This document shows positions 12,725-31,700 of a stretch of DNA of 64,000 bases, piece by piece. Source of the stretch: Pocillopora damicornis (Eukaryota). The number at the start of each line of letters is the position of its first letter. Within the stretch, counting starts at the first letter, position 1. The stretch covers positions 1-64,000 of the forward strand of contig NW_020846508.1 in the NCBI RefSeq assembly GCF_003704095.1, in the 5' to 3' direction. The notes under the pieces are model-generated. The model was not told the DNA's origin and ran no database searches. It saw nothing but the letters and a program-made list of their open reading frames with translations. The position numbers and the translations under genes were made by a program.

Positions 12725-14165
12725 ATGTCACTACGAATATATCGAATTTTCCCTGGCGTGATAATGTTCCTCATAGCACTGTCACCATTATGTAAGTAAA
12801 CATAGAATTTTCCATCATTCAATCCTCATCTGAATGTTGGACAAGATCCCCTCAAACCGACCGATTAGGGATTGTTGCAAGTCCAAGTTTTGTTTAGCAT
12901 TTTTGTATTTTAGAAGCGGAACGGCTTGAACTTTCAAGCATTGCATTGAATCTCTGGTTTACAAACCAAATTAAAAGGAAAAAAAGATGGGGAGACGAAA
13001 GGCGTTGATGTCCGTACTGCATTCCATGTCAATTTTTGTTGGTTTCAAATGGTTTTATTTTACATGAAATCGTATAAACCCAGGGTCGAGTGTAAGGGGT
13101 TTTTCTAAAATCATCTCAAAGCATGACGAGTCACATAACTCACGTTATCAGGTTCTTATCAGGTTATTCACATGCAGCTCATGAATCTTTTTCTTAAAAT
13201 CTCGACAAGATCATTTTTAATCCTTCTTCACGTGTTAAGGACTCATTACTCGAAACAATTTTCTTTGGCCAAGTTAAAGTTTCGAGTATTTTCAAAATGG
13301 CCGAGGAAAGCATCATTTCCCCTTATCTTAAAGAAATTAAGCAATTTTATTCATTTTAAAGCTCAGATTGGGAGAGTACACTTGAAACAGAAATCACGCA
13401 CTGCACCGTATAACCTATTTATACATCAAAAACGGCATAAGTTTTGGACTTTTAAAAAAACAAGTGATTGTACTGGATTCCATCACGCCGGCCTACTTTT
13501 TCTCGTAACTAACATGAATGCAATTGCTATTGTGTACGGATTGAATTAAGATGTGCAGTACATGCACCGTTAGTGACTGACTTACTGACGGACTGATGGA
13601 CCGAGAGATTGACGGATCGAAGGACTGACGGATGGACTGACAGAGTGACTAACTGACTGACTGACTGACTGACCGACCGACTGATTGACTGAATGAGGAA
13701 GAACGGAGACTAAACGACCTGATTAATCGGCTGGTTGGCTAGTCGATGTGTTTATTAGTTTGCCATTTGTTATTTTTCGTCGGTTTTTTAGGCTCTTTGC
13801 ACTTGTGCTATTCTTGTCCAAAGACATCATCCATGGAAGAATGCAATGCCCAGATGACCCAGTATAACTGCTCCAACTTGGGTGCCTATCACAAAAAGTG
13901 TGCGCGCTTTTGTGATTGGAAAAATGGTGTCTATACACGAGAATGCGCAATGGAACACAAGTGCACGGTAATTCAGAGGGAATGTAAAGAAAGAGAGGAC
14001 ATGAAGAATAGCAAACAAAAAGAGCCTGAGTGCGAGTACAAGTGTTGTGATGGGGAGCTGTGCAATACTCACCCCTGTAGTGTGGGGCAGAGTCTTCGTC
14101 TACCACTGAGAAGCATTGTGGGACTCTCAACCGTCTATTTCATTTTTATAATCTGTTTCGATTAG
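12725..14165 (+). CDS. Three-finger (LU-domain) protein 4, probably GPI-anchored, 146 aa, 2 exons
   Basis: Exon 1 12725-12791 (MSLRIYRIFPGVIMFLIALSPL, GTAAGT, phase 1). Exon 2 13792-14165 after ttttttag: CSLHLCYSCPKTSSMEEC...CEYKCCDGELCN...IVGLSTVYFIFIICFD. Confidence 0.85.
13575..13725. repeat. Degenerate (GACT)n tetranucleotide microsatellite
   Basis: ctgactgactgactgactgaccgaccgactg, directly upstream of the acceptor of LU gene 4 exon 2. Confidence 0.85.
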
Positions 14166-15736
14166 TCTGAAAGAAGTAATAAAGTTATACTGAATCATTT
14201 TCCCGGTAAAAATTTATGATTCCCTTTACTGGAACAAAAGTGCTCGAATTCTATACACCGATCGTCAAATGAGGAAAATTTGAGACATTCATGATCAGAG
14301 CTCGAGGTTTTTCGCACGTCTTTAAATCGTGACACTTTATACATTCCTAACCTGAGAAAGGTTCTCCCTATGGGATGATCTGCACATCAAGCATAGTCCA
14401 TTTTCCTAAGCCCCTAGGAACAGAGATTTAAGCGGGGGGAGGGTTAGAGGGGGGAAATCACACCCAGTCTACAGAGCGTCCGTTCTCAAAAGTTAACTTC
14501 CAATGGAGACCCCCCCTGCAAATTCCCTCCATTAACCGAAGTCATACCCAAGCGGGAAGCCATAATGGGAAAGATAAATAGAACTGATTAAAGAGCAGCA
14601 GGAAAGGAATGGCAAAGTTGTTTCAGTCAGCACAGTGACAGCTAATTTTTGTGGTTATTCGCTCCAAGACCCCTAATTCACTGACAAACACTGCAGTATT
14701 GCTCTCAGAGGTGCAAGAGAAGTAATAATAAAATGACAGACAAAAAGCTGTTTTATAAAACTATTAATTGCTGTTTATTGAATACTTGAGATTACACACA
14801 GCCATCTACACCTAAACATACCATACATTCTTCCTGGAGGAATTCATTGAGAATACATACATGTAATTTTGTTCGCACTCAAGTTAAGGGCAAAAAAAAA
14901 ATTCCTTAGGGGAGACACACATCCCAAATCCCAAGAAAAAACTCCTAATTTCCACACTTTTCAGTCACCTCCGTTAATTCACCAGAACTTTTACTGCACT
15001 TTCTTTATCAGGCAAAACAATTTTACCTGCATGAACAGATACACACACTAAAAGAAATAAATGCAACCTATGATCTGTGAACAAAATTCAAGTGCATAGT
15101 TAATCAAAGCAAATACCATAAAGATCGGAAGTGTCAAGGAAACAGGTGCGCATTACTCAGAAGACATATGAATTGCATTTAGGGGAAGGTTGCTAAACAT
15201 CAGCTATATCATGTTTAAGAGTTGAAGCCACGGTTTTTAATTTCCTTACTCACTTGATTTGGGTTCCTGTTTAATTCTTCACAACAGTTGAATCTTATAT
15301 TTTGTATCAACTACACCTACTAAAACTAACAAGACCACTGATTTCACAAAAAATGTTTCACTACCTTGTCTTTTTGCATGTTTAAGAAAAGAGATTCCCT
15401 AGCTCTGTATCCAAATTATAGGATAAAAATAAAGAACACAGATAGGGATGTAGAATTTGCAGTAAAACATGAACATTTTCAAGTGGTTTTACTTTGCACA
15501 TCTCTAATATATTGAGTGTACAAATTTTCAAGGCTACAATTGCTCAAAGGAGCTATTTTTTGCAATTTTCTGTCCTAGCAAGAGAACATCAACAAAAAGA
15601 TAAACATAATGTTTTAAAATATAGAAACAAAACTCCTTCTGTAGACACAGGCCAGCCAGTCTTAATTGTCTTAATGAAGAAAGATGAAAAAAATGGAGTG
15701 TCCACTCAAAAATAAAAAATGACATGATAGAAAACC

Positions 15737-18700
15737 CTAGCCTTCTGCAACCAATCGGGCTTTGTTCCAGGCATTTCTGATGATCTGTTCCACTTGTGCT
15801 GCCTCTGGGTGACGCAGCACATGAGGATGGAATGCACCTGGGTTGGGAGGCTCACCCTCTTTCTGCGCGGCACTGGAGTCATGGTCATCAACGTACATCT
15901 CCAGCTCGGACGCAGTACAGCAGCACAAGCATTTGCGAGTTTCCTTCAACTCCAGATCCTTGAAGAATCGATAGTCCATGTACTCTGTTCGAACTGAAAG
16001 CACAGTTTACATGAAAATCACATTTCCTGTCTAAGTAAACTTGAAACCATTCAATAATATAACAATTTCACTAAAATTTTTCATTGTCCAAACCAAATAA
16101 AAAAGTATGAGCAATGCATGTTGATAGATCTTTAATGACCACATATAGCTACTTTCTGCTATCATGTAAATAAACATTGTTGCTAATTAAATAATAGTTA
16201 GAGATGTCTCAAAATTCTTCTTACAAGTGTAAGACTGTCAAGCACTCATCTATTGAGAATCACAAAGCTCAATTACACAAGGTGGGGAGGTGGATACTTA
16301 CGATGATAAAACTGTCTAGCACCCAAGGGATAATTAATAGTGATCAGGAGAATTGCTTCTCAGATTTTGGGAAAGAAAAGTCTAACCCTTTACACTCTAA
16401 CAGCAAAATGCATATTCTCCATACTGTTCTCTATACATATCCCAAGGTGCTGACAAGGAGAATTTGTCTAATTAACAATCAAGAACTTCTTAAGTTGGTG
16501 ATCATTTCCTTTGTTCTCCCTACCTATATATTTGATTCAGTGGTGTTCTTGTAAGGAGAAATTAGTTGAAAGAACACAAGGCACTCAGCCAATTAATTCA
16601 ACATGAGGAGCTTTTGTTACTTAGGGTCAGAAGAAAAGCATTTTCTCAAAAAGAACTCTGAAAAAACATATATGTGAAATGAATATATATTCTTACAAAA
16701 AAAAAATTGTTTTCTAACCTTCCATCCACAGTCCACAGGGTGGTTCGCGCTTGTAGAATACACCTTGTCCTGTGACACGCCAGAAAGTCTTGGCCAAACA
16801 ACATGGACAGCAATACGCCACACAACATTCTCCACAGTCTTCTTTGTACCGAATTCCAGGAGCTGGTGTAACTCCAGACCACTTGGAAGCACTGAGTTCG
16901 GCTTCCTTCTTTTTCCTCTTCAATAAACCAATCAGATCCATCAGATAAAGTCTGTCTCCCAGAACAGTGATGCCAAGCTCATGCAGATGACCCTGGAGAG
17001 AGTAAAAAATTAATTACAATTCCATAAGTTTTTAAGGTCCAGCTATGAGAGATTTACAGTCAATTAAAAATGAAAAATGTAGATTTACTTCACTTCACAG
17101 TGGCACATGTGGGAGAAATGCAGTCATATTTTCACACCAAAAAGAATTTAACAAGCCAGCTTTTGCCCAGGCTAGAAAATCAACACACCCTCAAAAAACC
17201 CCTCTGAGCAAAGACAGTAACCAAACATAGACAAAAGCCACCTATGAAGCAAGATTGTGGAATTAAATACAGACTGCCACCAAGGAAGGGTAATGCTTGC
17301 ACCACTGCACCAACAATGCACTCCACTACACTTCTTGAATGGTATTACAAACATGTATTACCTATTCTGACATTCAATTTCATTCAACTCTGAAGTTGCT
17401 CACAATTTGACCATAAATAAATAGATGGAATAAATCAAAGCATCAGCTTGTACTACTTTCCCATTGAGAGAATAACTCTATTCTTAACCCTTTCACTTTA
17501 GGAGTGACCAAGACATAACTTCTCCTTACAGTATCAATACAACATCAAGCAGCCAAGTGATGAGAATAACAAAATTTTAATTAGTAACTAGGGAATTATC
17601 TTTAGATTCTACATCAAATTCTCAAAGAAAACTCTATAAGAAATGTTTGGCAGACAGTAAAGATAATTTCAGTGAAAGGGTTAAGAACTAATCAAACAAT
17701 AACTTATTTAAAATTTTGCCAAATTTTGATCATCGAAACCCATATTTGTCCCTGGCATGTCCCAAATATCATTCAAACCCACCTCTGTCAAAAGCATCAG
17801 ACATTTTCCAGTGATCTTGTTCACTGAGAACTGCTCTGCCATATAACCCAATCCAGCACGTTCAAGAAAATTCCTGTTCACATCCTCTACAGACCAAGCT
17901 GTTGAAAAAATTGACAAGCAACACCAAATTAGTGTTGATCGTCATATTATAAGCTATTGATTTCAATTTCATTTCAGTTTGTCTTCTATAATACATGCAA
18001 GTACACCTGCAATGGGAGAGAAAGCACAAAATATTTAGTAAAAAAAACTGAGGAAAAACTGATAACTAGGAAAACAATTTTGAAGATAACAGAGGAGTTT
18101 CAAATTCATGATTAAATTATGAATCAAAGAACTGAAGTTGCAGAATTGCCACTAGTAAGTGTACCTTCTATCATTGTGGTGCAAAAATATAAAACAGCCT
18201 GGACATGAACTTGGAACAAGTAAATGGCACCAAAGCTTTTAAGAAACATTTAATTACTGAATTAATGAGCAATATAGGACAAGTTTGGACATATCATTGT
18301 AAATAGCTAATTTCTTATATTTTTCTGTGATTCATTTATTTATTTTCTGTATTTTGATGTTGATGCTGAAGATCCCTCTTCAGGGATACTCAGTAAAAGT
18401 GTTCATATGTATTTATCCCATTAAAGATCTCCTAATGCAGGCTTCCGTAGCCAATTCCAATATAATTGTTGGAAAGAAAGCATGAACAGCATCTAATCAA
18501 TTTATCCTGAAAAATGTTATATGAAAGAAAATTTAATTTCTAAAGCAGAAACATACAATACATAATTATCCAAAATATTTCACAATTGTGCAACAGATCT
18601 CATCATTCCTTGATGTGCCCCTTCAAGAATGTCACGAGTGGCACAAGTGATCGCATCTGAGTAAAAAGTACTTTAAAAATTCAATCCTCGTTCAAGAGGG

Positions 18701-19954
18701 ATGAGTTACAGTTCCTGGGTACTCAATTATTATTGTACTTGAAGAAATTTTGGTATCACCCAGAAAGCTGCTCTCAATACTTGGCGAGCTCGTCGAAATT
18801 AAACAGTAATATTGAAAACATAATTTTTAACCTGTTGCTCATTTTTGTCTGTTTTTGTTCGTTATCTTTACATGGATACTGGTTCTCAAGTCAATCTAAA
18901 ATACGAACTTATAGGGTCCTCTATGTATTAGGATCTCTACCTACAATAAGATCGTGAAACCTGAACTGTGCGATAAATTTCTAGATTGAACCTTGTTCTA
19001 GATGTCACATAAAAAGAAGCTTTCATTTTGATTTCACTTCACTCAGTAATCACAGCGCGAATTTATTTCGATGGCAGAAATAGCGCGGACACAACAATAG
19101 AATACTTAATCTTACATTGGGCATGCTTCTGTTTGATCTCCAACAAACAACGCGAAGCAAAACTGTCGGCCGCCAGAAGGCAATTGAAATGCAAATTCTT
19201 ATTTCCAGTATGAGGAAAACTGCCCTGACTTTTTGGGAAGGATTTTTGGGTCGATTAATTTAGAATGAAAGTGTGAAAAACTGGCTTCGTAACGCTCAAT
19301 AAGATCGACCTTTGATTAGGGTTTGAATCGCCTAATGCTGTCAGGGACAAAGAGAAATACGATCAGAAATACAGCTACAACAGCGAGCGACAAATTTTTG
19401 CTAGAAGTCATTCTTGAAATTTAAAAATAAATTGAGTTGAACACATCGTGAGAATTTCAGATTGGAATTTGAAAGAAGAGGTTCGAATACCGAGTACTGT
19501 TGAACAACGCCCATAACAGCGAAACAATCAACAGCTCAAGGAAATAGCTTTTGAAAGAGAATAAACAGCGACATCAAAATCCCTTTATTGTTTTTGATGT
19601 AAGGATCGCGGTCTCTCAAACATTTTTAACTAACTATTATTCACATGGTAAGTATAGATAGTGAAAGAAATACGTGTGAAACCCAGGCATGTCATGGCGT
19701 GCGGTATTCGATCGAGAAACGCCGATGCCATAATTGCGATTTGTGATTGTTTGGAGATGTTTGTATCACGTAAAATCATACCACCAGAATTAAACCTTAC
19801 TTGCTACTGTGGCCGGATCCAGGTTGAGAACATATTCTTCCGTGGGGGAAAGTTTGGCTGGCTGGTTGACAATCGGTTTTTCACTCGCCATCACTAGTGG
19901 AGTACCTCCGTCTTTCCCGGGCAGAGATTCGTATTGTTGTTTATTGAAAGCCAT
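15737..19954 (-). CDS. Uncharacterised SAM (sterile alpha motif) domain protein with Cys-rich clusters, ~266 aa, 4 exons
   Basis: Exons 19954-19801, 17898-17783, 16992-16719 and 15993-15737; phases 1, 0, 1; all GT-AG. The spliced segment ATWSVEDVNRNFLERAGLGYMAEQFSVNKITGKCLMLLTEGHLHELGITVLGDRLYLMDLIGLL fits the SAM consensus (WS.EDV..L..Y...F....I.G..LL.L....L.ELGI..LG.R). It is followed by CGECCVAYCCPCC and CLCCC. AATAAA on - at 14779-14774. Confidence 0.85.
16383..16565 (+). mobile_element. TTAACCC-type non-autonomous element; further copies at 21327-21502 (-) and 24571-24763 (+)
   Basis: Three alignable copies (tgcatattct..atactg...gagaatttg...tgatcatt...gtaaggagaaattag) with (t)taaccc / ggttaa ends. 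Confidence 0.7.
17484..17684. mobile_element. piggyBac-like MITE
   Basis: Perfect inverted ends TTAACCCTTTCACT ... AGTGAAAGGGTTAA: a TTAA target site plus CCC/GGG termini, as in piggyBac. A related fragment lies at ~59005-59110. Confidence 0.75.
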
Positions 19955-22803
19955 CTTGGTTAATAATTCATGCACAAGTGTGCACGCCCTATTTATACCC
20001 CGTCACGCCATTGACAGTTGCTCGAAGTTTCTGAGCCACAAGTTGTTTTGTTCTTCAAATATTTGACGATGCATAAACTTACCTCGATTTCTGAACTAAT
20101 TATCATCCTAACGACAAGTTTTTCTTCACACATTTTCGCCACATTTGACTTCAGAAGGGCTGTCACGCTGTCGTTTTGCATAGTAATCCAAGGAAAGAAG
20201 CACTCTAAGCATTGACGAATGCTAAGAAGCTTTATATCTTCCCAAAATGTTTTCACTGACCCTTTCATTTGGTCAAGTCACCGATATCAGCTTTTGAAAG
20301 TGCGGGCACTACTTTCTGAGAACTGGGGCGTTTCCAAGGAACACATTAGAAGGGTGGGGAGGGTATTCTGAAGACTTCATCGTATAAGTATAAGAGAGTG
20401 GTTACTAGGTGGGCTATCCTGCCCTCCACGAATTGTCACTTAAAAAAAAAAAAAAAAAGAAAACTCGGAAAATGCTTGATACCCGCTTTCTCTGAATATC
20501 CGTCCCGCCCACTCGAATGGGCCAAACGAAATTAGTCTGTTTGACTGCACCGCGAGACGGATAAGATGGGAATGGAACGTAGTGGCTTCCGGTCTCAGCC
20601 ACAAGTGTCTAGATAAACAATACTGTAGCAAGAACCTGATATCTTACTGTTTGAAGGCAGCTTCGGATGGTCTTTCCTCCTTAATTAAGTCAGGAAGCAA
20701 TTAATTGTAAGAAAATAATTCATTAATGAAGTAAAATAGGAGATAAGCGAACACGATTTTATTTTCTCTATTACCGTATATATTTAAATTTCTCCAAAGA
20801 TAGTTTGCCAATTCAGCGTGAGAGACACGCTGAATTCGGAAAGCAACCAAGGGCCAAAGTCTTAAGAAACTTTTTAAAAGCTACTCTTCGCTCGAGCTTT
20901 GCAGTCCTCCCGATCCCCCCTCCCCCCAAACACACATACACACACACAATCTCCTTCCCTCTTTGCAATCTTTCTCCCAAACTTGCTACGCTTTCAATAC
21001 TGTTCAGGAGAAAGAGTGGGAGGGGTTTTTCAATCCTACCAGACTGTTGTCAGTGCATACACATTAAAGTAGCATGCCACATGGATTTTTTGCTTGTGTA
21101 TTTTGAAAGTGTCTTGAGGGCTTTTGACCAGGATTTTGGCGCAAGAACGCCTTCAGTAGGAATCAAAGCTGCCAAGAAAGGTGCAATCAACCGAGTGAGA
21201 GGCGAACTTTCGACTCCAATCGCGAAATGACACGGGCATCTTTTTAATCGATGGGCTAAGGGAAGGAAAGGAGTGTTTAGAGCTTTCCTTTCACTTCCAT
21301 GACTATGTGTTCTCCTCGCCCAAGTTTTAACCCTATGGCTAATTTCTCCTTACAATTTCACCCCTGAGGCACACATCAAGGTCACGAGAATAATAATGAT
21401 CACAAGCTGAAAAAGCTCTCGATCGTTACACAAATTCTCTCTATCGACACCTTGGGAAAATGTGTGAATTACAGTATAGAGAATATGCATACTGATGTTA
21501 AGAATGCTCGAATACTTCATCCGCAGTTCCAAACTTACCAAGAATCCTCACGCCCTGTACTAACGCCTAATTGGCACAAATTTTGTTTAGTCATTAACAA
21601 ATTCTTTTCCGGGGCTTGGTATGAGCGGTAAGTCTTCGACATTCTCCGTGACTCACGATCGAAGTTGATTCAAAGGTAATGCAGAAACCAAGGAACTTTT
21701 CCTTCTCTGTCGTCTCAAAAATGTTTTCACATTCAAATTCCACAACAATCTACAACCCATATCAAAGTTTTATGACTTGAAATGCATATCATAGAATTCC
21801 ATGACTTTCGCCATTTTCCTTGACCCCTTCGAATCCCAATTCTCCAAAGTGAAGTATACTAGTGAAACAAGCACTGTCACGACACTTTGCAAGATTTAAA
21901 ATGCCTTATTTTGGGTCTTTACTTTAGCAAAGACCAGAGATAAACAGGCAAGCAAATCCTTTCTTATCAACATCATTCAAAGATTTATTTGCTAATGTTC
22001 ACATATATGACAGAACCAGATAACTTTCAAAGTGCTTTGTACAGAAGTGGATTTACTGATGGTGCGGGTCTGAATGGGTATAACTACTGCCTCTACAGAT
22101 GAACTTGTGAGAATAATCCAAAAGGAAGCACCAATGCTTTGGTTACCTGTACTTAATGATAATTGATAAAGCCTAGACAATAGATGATAGTATAAGAAAG
22201 AATTTTTTTCAAAACTATTGATGCAAGCAAGTTTAAAATGTTTCCTCTCAAAAATGTATGTCATCAGTAGTGAAAGTTAACAATAACTGCTCTTTCCTAT
22301 CTACAGGCCTGCGACTCACTGTGGTTAACTATGAACACATCATAAAACAAAAGGTTTTTTGCTTGTACCATATACTATGGAAAGTAACAAGTGCACCAAC
22401 TAGTTGTGCAGTCATCGCACAAAGCTATCCATGATATGCCATACTGACACATATTTACAAACAAGGATGTTAAATGTTGATCTCTATCCAGTAAACAAGA
22501 AGTGTTCATTGACTCTTGGAGTGAATACAAATTCAAATCAGACCAAGTCCAACAAAGGAAAAATCTCACTACTATTCTGACAAGTTTTAGAACTATGGAT
22601 TACAAAACAGGAAATTAACCAGTCAGAACTCGTGGAATGAAAAACACCACTTGCAAGTTATGGAATAGTTCTGTTAGAGGCCTTGCAAGAGAACACTTCC
22701 AGCCCTTTAAAATAAGGGCCTCAGCAACATTGCTGGCAAGTCTATACATAAAGAGCTCTTTCTCTATTGAGTGGGCTGCTCCATACTGCTAAGATATTTT
22801 GCG

Positions 22804-28181
<5,378 letters not shown>

Positions 28182-28669
28182 TGCACCTTCTACAGAATCG
28201 AACGAGTTGGTTTGCCTCGCGCCACAGTACAATTTCCCCAGAGGGGGTACAATAGATTGACGCTGCTAAGCTCCAGCGTAGTAGCGAATATTTTGAATCC
28301 ATGCAAACTTGCTAACGAGAAACGCATCTTTGATCAGGTGTCAAATACTACGCTTTCCTATCCACGAGAGACTTGAAAGGAGTAAAAATGTATATTTTAC
28401 GCATATTTAAACAAGTCATAGGGTAAAACAAATCTCATTGCCAGATTCACAGATGAAAATCAAAACAAGTAAAGCCTTGCACAAATTTACTAGAGGATTC
28501 TTGTAGGAAAATAATCTCACTTCTCTGAGTAAAAATGATTCTTAAGAGGAACTAGGATGGAAAACAAAGATGGGAAATCCTGTAAGACGAGGCTCTTCTC
28601 ATTTGAAACATAACAGGCGACATAATATGCGTTAGAACTCTCACATATCATATTCTCCCAACTTACCCT

Positions 28670-28725
28670 TTTACGTCACCATTCCGCCAAATGTCAAGTC
28701 ATGTGACTTGCGAAGCCATCTTGGA
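28670..28725 (-). promoter_or_regulatory. ANP32 promoter/5' exon motifs: YY1-like CAAGATGGC, palindromic CAAGTCATGTGACTTG (E-box core), TGACGT half-CRE
   Basis: Motifs cluster within ~55 bp in a CpG-richer stretch next to the first donor site. Function is not demonstrated. Confidence 0.4.
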
Positions 28726-31700
28726 TGCCTGGGAGGGGAAAATTTACAATATTTTGGTCTACAGTTCTTGTAGAAAACGAAAAACTGAAAAATTCGATCG
28801 CAGAAATAGGAAAAAATACACACCAGGCCCACGACCGAAAAATATCTGGCAGAGAACCGGAAAAACTAACAGAATTCCACCCTCGCCATTGTTTTCCTTC
28901 GATGCAAGCCCTTGCGACACGCAATTTCAGACTTTGGCCACCATCCTCCAATTAAGTTGTAGCAAGGCATTTCGCTCTAATGGAGAAATGTTTCTGTGTG
29001 TTCAAACTGTTGACTATTAGATTTCTGAGGCGTAATCCAGCCTCTGGGTGTGTCTAGGGAATTTACCTTCGACAATGTCCGTTCGATTTCTTAAAGCCCA
29101 TCCAGGCGCTAGGAGTTTTAGCGAACATAGCCGCAATTCAGAGAACCCCCTCCAATGATATCCCATAATTTCGCATCTCTCCGAGGCGAATCTTGACCGT
29201 CGCGCCCGTCGAAAACATTTTCTTAGGCTCCAGAAAAGCACGTTTCTCGATCAGGTTTGCCCACCTGATACGCTACAACAATGACTGTCCCTTCCAGTCA
29301 GTAAAATAAAACACCGGCGGCTGTGAAGTTGAAATAGTGTCAACATTACGCAAGACCGCTAACGTTGTACATCTACGGAGAGTAAGGCATGTTTTAAGTA
29401 CATTATTTTACAGAAAATTTTATCAGCGTTGAGTATGGAAACGAGGCTCTGCGGCGGATGAAGTTCATATGTTGGTACTTATTAGTTCTTAGCATGGGCG
29501 GTCGTCAGAAGGGAGTACTTCTGATATCAGAAACGAGGACTGGTTATTTTCGATCCGATTTTAGAAACAAGCTCCTTTACCTTCAATTTTGGTGGGGAAG
29601 AGACAAATTTCTAATCATATAAAAACCGACAATTAAACAATGGCGTTAGTTTGAGCCAAAAAAATAAGCTATATCCAGCTTTACAACCTTTCAGTGCCAA
29701 AATAAGCCATGGGCCGGTTCCAGTACATTTCGTTTTTCTTTGAACTCTTTTCAGGTCTGGCCTTTATCCTGCCTTCTCTAATTCTCTAGCTTTATATATT
29801 TTTTTTTCTCTCCAACAAATTTGACCACGCCAAAAGGAACCAGACACAGGCGTACGCTGACAGGAACTTCCGCCCCCCTGTGATAAGAGGAGTAAAAGGC
29901 AGTTCAAGAAAACCGGTGTGCATTGAAATCTAGCTAGCAAAGGGTAAAAGAATTTTAAAAAGCCCATTAAGGAAAATTACCGTGTATTTGAGTCAGTGGG
30001 GTTTTAAAAATGAGACAAGTTCGAAGGACGAAAAAGTTTGAAGTTTCAATCTAATATTCTTAACATCTTAAAGGCGGGCAGGAAATGGATTCTGTTGTAG
30101 TTTCCCTACATAACAAAGCAAAACTTTGGAAAAAAAAGAAAGAAAACTTCCAAAATCCATGGAAAGGTTGCAGAATTATTTAACGTGGTCGACTATCTGG
30201 GCAAAAAGGCGCTTTAAACAGTCGCTAAGCTGCATAAATGATTTACACGGATGGAATCTAATCAATTGTCATGAGTAACGTTAATCTTTACTTTTTGGTA
30301 AATATAGTTCTTCCGTTGGTAGCCTCAGAGGCGCTCTGACAGTGGGTTACTAAGGGACCCCTAGGGGATGAGGATTTCTTGCGAAATCTCATAGTTTTCT
30401 TGGGAAATGGGGGAGGGGAGGGAGAGAACTATCGTCACCAACAGAGTATAAAAAGGGACCATAGGAAACTGATTTCCAGTTCATTGCAAGAGAAGGGGAT
30501 GATAAGAGTATTACAGTGCCTTATGGCACATATCCTTAACAAATGTGCCGTTCTTTTCGATCTGGTTGGTGCAAATGAACATAGCATCTAGGCCCAAGGA
30601 GCAGGCGCAGTGATTAGAATGATTGCCTCATATGTAACCCAGGGCACTTTATATATGTATTGTAAAACCTGTGAGAATTTTCCATTAAAAGGAGAAGAAT
30701 TATATTTTCCTTAAACAAAGTAAAATAAGGCGTCCATGACTTTAAGGCCTTCTTAGCAAAAGCGCAAAAAAAAAACTTTTTGCAGAACATTGTTCAGTGG
30801 AAGATGTTGCATTTGATTTCCATCTGAAATACCTGCGTTTTCGCAGAAATAATAAGTGCCCTCAACTTTTACTTCTTGACTGGGTGTAAGATGAGGCGAT
30901 TACACAGAAGCTAGGTAAATTTGATATTGAACAAGGAGAAATATCCAGGCAAGAGAGAACTTGTGGTCGACAGAAAGGCAACTGGCGGCACTCGCTGAAG
31001 TCAGAGTCTGCTCATAAACCCACATAAGTTGAGGCACCGCACATTTCGAAAAACCAAGACAACTAGTGGTTAGTAAGTGAAATTTTCCCACCCCAAAATT
31101 AAAAGGCGAAATTGTTTTGGAAAAATAATCACATACGAAACCTACTACAACTTGAAACTATGCCACTCATGATTCCACCAAGTTTCGCCATCATAGCAAG
31201 CTTCAGAGCTAAAAGACGTGCTCATTAATTCCATTTTATGTTTAAGTGATGCGGAATGTGGATTTAATTGGATAAAAAGTAGTAACTATAGACCGACAAA
31301 GTAAATTTAGCACAGCCACGTGACCGGGTGCAACTGACCTCGTGGAAAAGGGACTAAGCCAAAGGAGTTACTGTTCAACCTGCACCAGACTGAGGGAAAG
31401 TTTTTCACTAGCTAAGATAGCGTAAGCGCTGACTCGGATCGACGTCTAGGAGGGGGGCAGGGTGCTTTCGCTAACTAAAGGTCGTTCCAAGCTAGACGTC
31501 TCTCGGTCAAAAGTGGCTCCTGGCTTGAGAGCAAGCCCTTATCATTGGTGCCACGGCACACGCGATTCTACGACACAAGCGTTAGAGGCGACAAGAGGCC
31601 CGGCCCGGCCTACGCCAACTTTCTCGCGGGCAAAGATACGCTTGTGCCTCACCGCAAAGAACGAGTGCCTGTTTGCAGGCTGAAGAATTTGAGATGAGCT

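Noticed and set aside
13746-13791. ATG at 13746 as the start of a single-exon LU gene
   Set aside because: The hydrophobic 'signal' is the polypyrimidine tract. A proper signal exon with a GTAAGT phase-1 donor exists at 12725-12791, matching the paralogues.
19116-19124. ATGCCCAAT|gtaag micro-exon as first exon of the SAM gene
   Set aside because: From that ATG it is phase 0, but the next exon needs phase 1. Exon 19954-19801 fits.
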